DNA from: Ignavibacteria bacterium | GTDB lineage: Bacteria > Bacteroidota > Ignavibacteria > Kapaibacteriales > UBA4661 | Assembly (NCBI GenBank): GCA_013298775.1 | Contig: JAAFIV010000014.1 | Span: 30,197 to 94,196 of the forward strand | Reading direction: 5' to 3' | Length of the DNA: 64,000 nucleotides | Shown: positions 56,913 to 64,000 of the stretch, in pieces | Numbering within the stretch: position 1 is the first letter of the stretch | How the letters are laid out: each line of letters starts with the position of its first letter | Program-made: the position numbers and the translations under genes | The notes under the pieces: generated by a model | Databases searched by the model: none | Told to the model about the DNA's origin: nothing | Seen by the model: only the letters and a program-made list of their open reading frames with translations

Positions 56913-56939
56913 GCGTAAGGTGAGTCATATAGTTAAAGT

Positions 56940-59900
56940 TTAGAATCCAATTTCAAGGCTGAAATTCACCATGCGAGCTTGCATGACGGTGAAAATATCG
57001 CTGGACTGCGCAAAAGAGCGAGACGGAATGTTTGCGGGCGAATTCATTTCGGTTTCTAAGCCAGAATAGTTTGTCCACAAAAAGAGATTGCGAGCCGAAA
57101 CGCCAAGCGTGAAGGTGCGAACAAATTCGGGTAAGATACTCGCTTGCAGCAAGGTTTGGCGGGCATCCCAGCGCAGACTGAGTTCGCGGAGACGCACCCA
57201 ATCACCATTTTCTAAGTAATTTGCTACGTCGCCGAAGCGTGTGTCCAAGCGCATAAATTCTGCTGCCGCAGCCTGATAGTCTGGCGTGTTTGGGGTGAGT
57301 GCTGGCACGCCTTCCACAGCGCGAATACCAAGTCCAGCATCGGCGGTTTGCCCTTTTGCCAAGCCAAGTTGGGTGAGAAGGCGATTGAAGCGAGGATTTC
57401 CGCCAGAGGAGGAGATTTGCTCGCGTGTGCCGTTAAAAATATACCGCCCAAAGCCCGCATCAAATAAGCCGTAGAAGGTAAAATCACGGAAAAGTGTGAG
57501 CGTCCAGGAGAACGACCCCGTAACAAGCGGCACGCTCGAACCAAGTGGACGCAAGACGGAATCCCGCACGGGACCTCGCGCCCAGTCATAGTAGCCGCTT
57601 GCTTGAAAGCGTGGTGCGAGAACGGGTCTGTCCATAAACACGCCGCGCCGTTGTCCTTTTTCGATGTAATTTGAATTACCCAGTAAGCTAGAACCCGCGT
57701 AAAAACTGCGCTCGCGGAAATTTGATGTGCGCGGACCGAGGCTGTCCACGATGTTGTCTGCGTATCCCGCAAGAAGATTGAGGCGTAGAGTGGCATGTTC
57801 AGTATTCACCACAGAGCCGTATATCTGCGCTTCTGCGCCCCAACTGCGCGTCCTGCCCGTGTTTTGCGCGGTTGTGGCTTCGCCCGTGGAAGGAGCTCTA
57901 TTCCCGTCTAAAATTGCATCGTTGGCAAATTGGAAAAATCCCGTCAGTTCCGCACCATATCTATCGTTCAGCTCAATATCTGCACCAAATTCAATATCTT
58001 GAATGCGTTCAGGACGAATGGAATCATTGCCAATCGGCGTTTCAAAAAAGATTCTTCGACCAGTCGCGCCCGTCAGCGAGGTGCCTGGTGCGTTGAAAAA
58101 TTTCCATAAGGTGCTGGATTGGCGCAGTGTTGGGAGCTTTCCGCTTTCGCCGTAGCCGCCACGCAATTTGAAGAGATTCCACTCGGAAGGCAAAATGCCG
58201 AGTTTATCCACGCGCAGTGCGAAGCTGCCTTGTGGGTAGAAAATTGCTGGTGTTTTGTCACCGAGTGTGCTGGCGTAATCATTGCGCACGCCGCCAGAGA
58301 TGAAGAGTATTTTTTTGTAATCCGTCTCCACGCGAGCAAAGATACCAGCTTCGCGGTATTGTTCGTTCAGGTCTGCCACAAAAGCACCGCTTAATCCTGT
58401 TTGAAGAGCAGGAATGCCAGGTGATGGGAAATTTGAAGCACTCAGTTGGTCGAGCATGAAACGGTTGTCGTAGGCTTGTACGCCCGCAATGCCTGTGAGC
58501 GTGAAGTCGTCGCCAATGCTTGCGGTGTAGGAGATATTTGCATCGTAATTGACGCGGGTTGGCGTAAAGTTTTTGATAAATCGGTAGCCTGTGGACGGGG
58601 CTGCATCAGGAGCAACACTGTATGGCAAGCCAGGCGGATAATAGACAACTGCACGGCTATTAACCTGCTCCAAACCCGCCAAGGCGCGTACTTTCAAGCC
58701 CGGAAGCCATGCTGGAGCGTAGGCAATATCTGCCGATGCAAGCAAATGAGCGACATTGATGTTGTTCTGAATGGACGCAATACTCAGGCTGTCGACAGAA
58801 AAAAATCGCTGTCCGCTATAGGGGTCGCCGATGAGCGTATTGACAATCCATCCAAAAAACACACCATTGTTTTCATTTTGCAAGGGAATGTCGAATGTAT
58901 TTCGTGAATATGAGGCAGAAAATTTGGCAAGAAAACCTGGAATCGGCTGCACATCAACATTGAAGCGGGCAGAGTATTGTGCAAGTGCGCTGCTCGGCAA
59001 TAAACCTTGTTCGTTACGACTATTGAAGGCAGCAAAGTAATTGACTGTGGAGCCGATATTTCCTTGCACATTGAAGGTATGCTGGAACATTGCGCCTGTG
59101 CGAAAAATACGGTTTACATTTGCAGCGTTCAAGGTGTAATCTGTGTTGTACAAGCGGTGTGGCTCTTGCCAGCCTCCTGTAAAGCGATAATTCACACGGA
59201 GCGCGTTATCACTTGCTCCTACGCTATTTGCGGGGGCAATTTTCCCGCGCTTTGTGGTGATAAGAATAACGCCATTTTGTCCCGACGTACCGTACAGGCT
59301 TGATGCCGACGGACCTTTCAGCACTTCAACGGTTTCAATGTCATTCGGCGCGAGCGTGGAAAGCGGCGATACTTCATCGTATTGAATAGATTCGTAGTAT
59401 TGATAATCCACGCCCGTCGAGCGCACGCCGTCAATAAAAATAACAGGCTGTCCGCCCAGCAAACTCGCGCTTGAGCGAATATTGATGCGCACGCCTGTTG
59501 CTAAATTGCCGTTGGAGAATTGCATGAACAATCCAGGAACTTTCGCAATCAAGGCTTGTAGAGGGTCGCTAAAACGGACGTTATCGGTCAGAACGCTCAT
59601 ATCTACGCGCCCGACAGACACTTCGGCAGTTTCTTTCGCCGTTTTCGATACCACACCCGTCACGACAATTTGCTCCAAGCCTTGCACGTCTGGAACAAGC
59701 TCCTGTACAACATCTAGCGTTTTCTCTGCCTCGATGCGCAGCGTTTGCGTCGCTTTTTTGTAGCCAATGTAGCGGGCAGTAAGTACGTACGTACCGGGTT
59801 TGATATTTGTGATGTGATACGAGCCGTCGCGCCCCACAACCGCGCCATTTCGTTGTTCTTTGCTCACGTCTCCCGCAAGCACGTTCAGTGATGTCCGTGC

Positions 59901-60167
59901 GCCTTGAAAGGCGTAGAGAAACTCGGTTCGCGGCACTTCTTCAGAGGGGACGAGAGAAATAATGGTGCCTGGCAAGAACATGCCAGATTGTTTATCCTGC
60001 ACCTTACCACGTATCGTTGCTGTCTGCGCGGCTGTTTGCGCGGATGTTTGTGCAGATGTTTGTGCAGAAAGTTCGACAAAAGACGCAGAACACCACAAAA
60101 GCAGTATGAATACTGCATAGCGGGTAAAGAATCCAAAGTAACGCGATGAAAGGTAACGAGTATTCAT
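56940..60167 (-). CDS. SusC/RagA-family TonB-dependent receptor
   Basis: Signal peptide; (SAQT)x3 low complexity; carboxypeptidase-regulatory-like domain (IRGKVQDKQSGMFLPGTIISL); plug (VEVLKGPSASSLYGTSGQNGVILITTKRG); C-terminal barrel. Confidence 0.9.
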   Translation of the reverse strand: MNTRYLSSRYFGFFTRYAVFILLLWCSASFVELSAQTSAQTSAQTAAQTATIRGKVQDKQSGMFLPGTIISLVPSEEVPRTEFLYAFQGARTSLNVLAGDVSKEQRNGAVVGRDGSYHITNIKPGTYVLTARYIGYKKATQTLRIEAEKTLDVVQELVPDVQGLEQIVVTGVVSKTAKETAEVSVGRVDMSVLTDNVRFSDPLQALIAKVPGLFMQFSNGNLATGVRINIRSSASLLGGQPVIFIDGVRSTGVDYQYYESIQYDEVSPLSTLAPNDIETVEVLKGPSASSLYGTSGQNGVILITTKRGKIAPANSVGASDNALRVNYRFTGGWQEPHRLYNTDYTLNAANVNRIFRTGAMFQHTFNVQGNIGSTVNYFAAFNSRNEQGLLPSSALAQYSARFNVDVQPIPGFLAKFSASYSRNTFDIPLQNENNGVFFGWIVNTLIGDPYSGQRFFSVDSLSIASIQNNINVAHLLASADIAYAPAWLPGLKVRALAGLEQVNSRAVVYYPPGLPYSVAPDAAPSTGYRFIKNFTPTRVNYDANISYTASIGDDFTLTGIAGVQAYDNRFMLDQLSASNFPSPGIPALQTGLSGAFVADLNEQYREAGIFARVETDYKKILFISGGVRNDYASTLGDKTPAIFYPQGSFALRVDKLGILPSEWNLFKLRGGYGESGKLPTLRQSSTLWKFFNAPGTSLTGATGRRIFFETPIGNDSIRPERIQDIEFGADIELNDRYGAELTGFFQFANDAILDGNRAPSTGEATTAQNTGRTRSWGAEAQIYGSVVNTEHATLRLNLLAGYADNIVDSLGPRTSNFRERSFYAGSSLLGNSNYIEKGQRRGVFMDRPVLAPRFQASGYYDWARGPVRDSVLRPLGSSVPLVTGSFSWTLTLFRDFTFYGLFDAGFGRYIFNGTREQISSSGGNPRFNRLLTQLGLAKGQTADAGLGIRAVEGVPALTPNTPDYQAAAAEFMRLDTRFGDVANYLENGDWVRLRELSLRWDARQTLLQASILPEFVRTFTLGVSARNLFLWTNYSGLETEMNSPANIPSRSFAQSSDIFTVMQARMVNFSLEIGF

Positions 60168-60260
60168 AATTCAAACACAAAAAGTGGAGAACTTGAGTTG
60201 TAATGCGCATTGCAAACCAAGAACTCTGCACGATGAAAAAGCAATGTTGTAAGCACGTAT

Positions 60261-61424
60261 TTATGCCGTATATAAGGGAAATGTCACCGTGAACGTCGAG
60301 CCTTTTCCCAGTTCGCTTTCGCATCGAACGCTCGCATTCATTTTTTCAGCAAATTTTTTGACAATGGACAAGCCAAGCCCCGTTGAATCTTCCCCACCCG
60401 TCGGCATGGCACTGAGGCGCGTGAATTTTTGAAACATCCGCGTTTGGTCTTCGGCACTAATTCCTGGACCTTCGTCGCGCACGGAAAAGCGGATGGTACC
60501 TTCATTTAGCACAGTTTCTAGCCAAATATTTGTTCCGGGAATGCTGTATTTGATGGCATTGGAAAGAAGATTTTCCACGATATGGTGGCAGAATACTTCA
60601 TCGCCCCAAATCATGTCGTGTGTTTGCGGAGTAACGTGAAGCGTAAGCTGCTTGGCTTCGGCACGGAGGCGAAAATCTGCCGCAATAAGCTCGGCTAACG
60701 CGGAGAGATTGAAAGGAATAATATTGATGCTGAGATTGCCTGATTCCAGCGCGTGCATATTCAGCAAATTGCGAATAAGATTACTCATTCGCGATGTCGC
60801 ATTCGTGATTTCCCGTCCGAATTTGCGGTAGTCTTCGTGCTGAAAGCTCAGTTCCTCGCCGCTTTGGATAATATCGCCAATGCCGATAATTGCGTTCAAG
60901 GGATTCTTCAAGTCATGGACAATAATATCCAGAATCTCGCTTTTCTCGTGGTTTGCAGCCTGTAATTCTTCTAATGTTTTTGTCAGCGCGACCTTTTCTT
61001 CCGAAAGGAAGAAGTGGTCGAAACATGCGCGAATGATTTCTAGCAAATCGGCATTGCGCCAAGGTTTGGTGAGAAACCGATAGACATTCCCACGATTGAT
61101 GCTATCGGTAATATCTTGCACATCGGTATAGCCCGTCAGCACAACCCGCACGGTTTGTGGCACATAGCGGATGGATTCCGCAAGAAATTCCGTTCCTGAC
61201 ATACCAGGCATTCGTTGGTCGGCGAGAATAACCTGCGGAATAAAGCCTTGTTTGAGTATTGCCAGTGCCTCTTCGCCCGAAGTTGCTGTTTTGACAGTAT
61301 AATGCGATACAAACAGCAATTCGAGCGTTTTTACTAAATCTGGTTCATCGTCCACAATTAAGAGCTTTCTGTCGGAGAGCGCGTCGGTAGTGGCTTCTGT
61401 ACCAGAGGCTTGTATTTTGAGCAT
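60261..61424 (-). CDS. Hybrid receiver-histidine kinase (N-terminal REC + HisKA + HATPase_c)
   Basis: REC: KLLIVDDEPD...ILADQRMPGMSGTEFL...K; H-box IVHDLKNPLNAI; N LSNAIKYS, G1 VRDEGPGI, G2 GGEDSTGLGL. Confidence 0.85.
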   Translation of the reverse strand: MLKIQASGTEATTDALSDRKLLIVDDEPDLVKTLELLFVSHYTVKTATSGEEALAILKQGFIPQVILADQRMPGMSGTEFLAESIRYVPQTVRVVLTGYTDVQDITDSINRGNVYRFLTKPWRNADLLEIIRACFDHFFLSEEKVALTKTLEELQAANHEKSEILDIIVHDLKNPLNAIIGIGDIIQSGEELSFQHEDYRKFGREITNATSRMSNLIRNLLNMHALESGNLSINIIPFNLSALAELIAADFRLRAEAKQLTLHVTPQTHDMIWGDEVFCHHIVENLLSNAIKYSIPGTNIWLETVLNEGTIRFSVRDEGPGISAEDQTRMFQKFTRLSAMPTGGEDSTGLGLSIVKKFAEKMNASVRCESELGKGSTFTVTFPLYTA

Positions 61425-61556
61425 AAGAGATATTCTTCTATAAAACGTATTTTGTTGTAAATTCTATCATTACGACATCATTACGACAGAAATATACAAA
61501 AAGATTGAGCAGCAAAAAAAACTGTTTTAGGGCGGAAATCAACCTCTTTTAAGAAT

Positions 61557-62900
61557 TTATACATCTTTCAGCAAGTATGCTTTCAACTGCTCATACACGG
61601 GCGAAATGACCGTCGAGTGTTTGGTCTTGCGAGCGTACTCGGCGAGGCGTTCTGGCACAGCAACGGGCTTGTGCAAGACAGGCTCAATAACCTCACCAAA
61701 CTTGGCAGGATGCGCTGTTGCGAGAACAATCGCGGTTGATTCGCGGTCGTTCTGCTCGGTGCGATATTGCTCCACCGCAGCATAGCCAACGGCAGTATGC
61801 GGACACATCACGTAGCCATGCGCTTTTTCGACCTGCACCACCGTTTCCAGCGTTGCTTCGTCGGCAATGCTATACGCGAGAACTTCCTTACGAATAGCTT
61901 CAATACTGCCATTGTAGAGCTTTTCAATGCGAGCAAAATTGCTTGGATTGCCCACATCCATTGCGTTCGATGGCGTTGCTACCGATGGTTTTGCCGTGTA
62001 CACGCCAGATTGCAGGTACAATGGGAACGTATCATTTCGGTTGGAAGCCGCAATAAATCTTGTGATAGGCAAGCCCATCTGCTTAGCAAAGAGTCCGCCT
62101 GTAATATTCCCAAAATTGCCGCTCGGCGTGCAGAAGACAAGCCGCTCGCGCTCTTCTTTTGGTAGAAGAGAAACCGCGCGGAAATAGTACAAACTCTGCG
62201 GCAGCAGCCGCGCAATGTTGATAGAATTTGCAGAAGTCAGCGCGAGGCGTTGCATGAGGTCATTATCCTGAAAAGCAGTCTTTACGAGGGCTTGGCAGTC
62301 GTCGAATGTGCCTTCTACTTCAAGTGCAGCGATATTCCCGCCCATCGTCGTGAGTTGCTTTTCTTGCAATTCGCTCACTTTGCCTTTTGGGTACAAAATT
62401 ATCACGCGAATTCCCGGAACATTCCAGAAACCATGCGCCACTGCGCTGCCTGTATCGCCAGAAGTAGCCACAAGCACGTGCAAATCGCCGCTCTGCGCAT
62501 TGCTGGGCGTATTATTCGCAAGAGCAAACTGATTGCGTCCGTAGCTGAGTGCCCGCGCCATAAAGCGTGCGCCAAAGTCCTTGAATGCACACGTGGGACC
62601 ATGAAACAGCTCCAAAGCGTAGGTTCTATCGGTGATTTTCACAAGAGGTGCGTCAAAAGTAAAGGCATCGCGAACAAGATGTTCCAAATCCTTTGCAGGG
62701 ATTTCATCGCCGATAAATGCTTGCATGACGTGGTTTGCCATTGTTGGAAAATCCATGTCTGGCAAATCGCGAAAAAATTCAGGAGCAAGTGTGGGAAGGT
62801 GGTCTGGCATCCACAGCCCGCCATCATCGGCGAGACCTTGCACGGCGGCGTGAAGAAAGGTTGTGCGTAAAGAAGAAGAGTGTGTACTGTAAAGGCGCAT
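61557..62900 (-). CDS. thrC: Threonine synthase
   Basis: Full-length ThrC similarity; PLP-lysine region GPTCAFKDFG. Confidence 0.9.
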   Translation of the reverse strand: MRLYSTHSSSLRTTFLHAAVQGLADDGGLWMPDHLPTLAPEFFRDLPDMDFPTMANHVMQAFIGDEIPAKDLEHLVRDAFTFDAPLVKITDRTYALELFHGPTCAFKDFGARFMARALSYGRNQFALANNTPSNAQSGDLHVLVATSGDTGSAVAHGFWNVPGIRVIILYPKGKVSELQEKQLTTMGGNIAALEVEGTFDDCQALVKTAFQDNDLMQRLALTSANSINIARLLPQSLYYFRAVSLLPKEERERLVFCTPSGNFGNITGGLFAKQMGLPITRFIAASNRNDTFPLYLQSGVYTAKPSVATPSNAMDVGNPSNFARIEKLYNGSIEAIRKEVLAYSIADEATLETVVQVEKAHGYVMCPHTAVGYAAVEQYRTEQNDRESTAIVLATAHPAKFGEVIEPVLHKPVAVPERLAEYARKTKHSTVISPVYEQLKAYLLKDV

Positions 62901-62991
62901 AAATACTGAGCTTGGGATTAAAAGAGATTATGAAACTGAATATTGGAGAATCATTTGAAGAAAAATATCGTCAAAATAAACAATACGCAAA

Positions 62992-63360
62992 TCACTCATC
63001 ATCAAGGCGTAATGCGGGTTTGCGGCGATGTTGCTTTTTCGTAGCATTCCGTTTTTTCTGGTCTTTTTGCGATTGCACCACCGAAAAAGGAACTTTCGTT
63101 GGCACTCGCTCGGGCGCACGGTAGTTGGCTTCAGCAGCTTTTTGACGCATTCTTTTTATACACCGCATTTTGTTCAAATATTGCGAGCGTTCCGTTGTAG
63201 ATTGAGCAACCAAGCCGCTTGGCAAGTGAATAAGCCGCACGCCAGTTTCTACTTTATTAACGTTTTGTCCGCCCTTGCCACCAGAGCGAAAAGTCTGCAT
63301 CCGGCACTCGGAAAGCAAGTGTTCATCGGTATCGGGAAGGATGATAAGAGGTTGTTCCAT
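62992..63360 (-). CDS. arfB: Alternative ribosome-rescue factor / peptidyl-tRNA hydrolase ArfB-like (RF-1 domain with GGQ)
   Basis: SGGKGGQNVNKVETGVRLIH is the GGQ catalytic motif; basic C-terminal tail; ATG at 63360. Confidence 0.75.
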   Translation of the reverse strand: MEQPLIILPDTDEHLLSECRMQTFRSGGKGGQNVNKVETGVRLIHLPSGLVAQSTTERSQYLNKMRCIKRMRQKAAEANYRAPERVPTKVPFSVVQSQKDQKKRNATKKQHRRKPALRLDDE

Positions 63361-63444
63361 TGCTAATGTTGGTAGTAATGTTGGGTTTGGTTGTTCGCCG
63401 TTGGTGGTGGAAGTGGAAATAATGGAAGTAAACGCCCACAAACA

Positions 63445-63509
63445 ACAGTGTCTGTGCCATATTGCCACGAAGAAAATTTCATGGCAACATACCACAGACA
63501 CTTCTTTTG
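63445..63509. repeat. Degenerate family B repeat
   Basis: acagtgtctgtgccat ... accacagacacttcttttg. Confidence 0.4.
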
Positions 63510-63554
63510 CGCAACGATAATCTTTGTATTATGGTTGCAATTTTGCTAACGTGC

Positions 63555-64000
63555 TTAATTCTTCAACGATTCCAACAAAATTTCCGATACGTCCCGAACC
63601 TTGACATCATCGGCTTTGTCGGCAGATTTTACGCCGTCGGTCATCATGGTCATACAGAACGGGCAATTGACCGCAATCGTGTTCGCGCCTGTGTTCATCA
63701 GCTCTTCGGTGCGTTCAACGTTTACGCGCTTGCCGTCATGCTCTTCCATGAACATTCGTCCGCCGCCTGCGCCGCAGCAGAAACCTTTGTCTTTGCTGCG
63801 CGGCACTTCGAGGATATTCAAGCCCGGCACGTTCAGAAGTGTGTTGCGAGGCGCGTCGTATTCGTTGTTGTAGCGTCCTAAGTAGCATGAATCGTGGTAG
63901 GCAACGGCTTCTTTCGAGACCGAACCGTTTGCTTTTTTCACGTTCAATTTACCCGAAGCCGTGAGGTCTTGGATAAATTGCGTGTGGTGAACAACTTCAT
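63555..64000 (-). CDS. (Fe-S)-binding protein, C-terminal CCG (cysteine-rich) domain; partial, 5' end beyond window
   Basis: VAYHDSCYLGR...KGFCCGAGGG...VNCPFCMT is the CCG domain of GlcF/heterodisulfide-reductase-like subunits; reading frame stays open to the window edge. Confidence 0.55.
   Translation of the reverse strand, partial: EVVHHTQFIQDLTASGKLNVKKANGSVSKEAVAYHDSCYLGRYNNEYDAPRNTLLNVPGLNILEVPRSKDKGFCCGAGGGRMFMEEHDGKRVNVERTEELMNTGANTIAVNCPFCMTMMTDGVKSADKADDVKVRDVSEILLESLKN

Noticed and set aside
16794-63509. Repeats considered as a CRISPR array
   Set aside because: The copies are dispersed over 47 kb, are imperfect palindromes of differing families, and have no regular repeat-spacer periodicity and no cas genes.

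Overview
64 kb gene-dense chromosomal window, GC about 50%, most genes on the minus strand. Gene content (two SusC/SusD outer-membrane pairs, rpoN, an F-type ATP synthase operon with atpG unlinked) suggests an FCB-group bacterium (Bacteroidota/Chlorobiota/Ignavibacteriota-like); this is inference only. No rRNA, tRNA, CRISPR array, transposase or integrase gene was seen.

Main contents:
- A sensory cluster: a canonical LOV-domain histidine kinase, a WYL-domain regulator 9 bp downstream, and an 832-aa multi-PAS pseudo-histidine kinase.
- SusD/SusC pair 1.
- A co-directional gene string: bi-domain oxidoreductase, secreted alpha/beta hydrolase, ABC-type AAA ATPase, small TOPRIM-like protein, wecB. 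The ATPase and the small protein overlap by 4 nt and look like a two-gene PARIS/OLD-like candidate anti-phage module. This is the best candidate for an undescribed system in the window.
- rpoN and an MsbA-like ABC exporter.
- A hicBA toxin-antitoxin pair inserted next to queF-queD.
- pssA, atpG, a DUF559 endonuclease bounded by 37-nt inverted repeats, ridA, yciI, hldD.
- The ATP synthase operon atpZ-atpI-atpB-atpE-atpF-atpH-[DUF4154/YfiR-like]-atpA.
- Acyl-CoA dehydrogenase, rlmD, a POT peptide transporter, pepP, hmgA, recX, capA, an S9 peptidase.
- SusD/SusC pair 2, flanked by a 1294-aa propeller sensor kinase and a REC-HK hybrid.
- thrC, arfB and a partial Fe-S (CCG-domain) protein at the window end.

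The window carries at least four families of palindromic or inverted-repeat intergenic elements. Family A elements are about 150 nt, MITE-like, with target-site duplications; one is nested inside a family C element. Family B (GTGGCACAGACATTCTTGTCTGTG) has 10 copies, three of them inside the atp operon. Family C inverted-repeat pairs occur twice empty and once carrying a DUF559 endonuclease gene. Family D elements are GTGAGGCTCTCGC hairpins. Short in-frame 12-15-nt tandem repeats (ASAN, ANAST, SAQT, TESLT) recur in four unrelated proteins.
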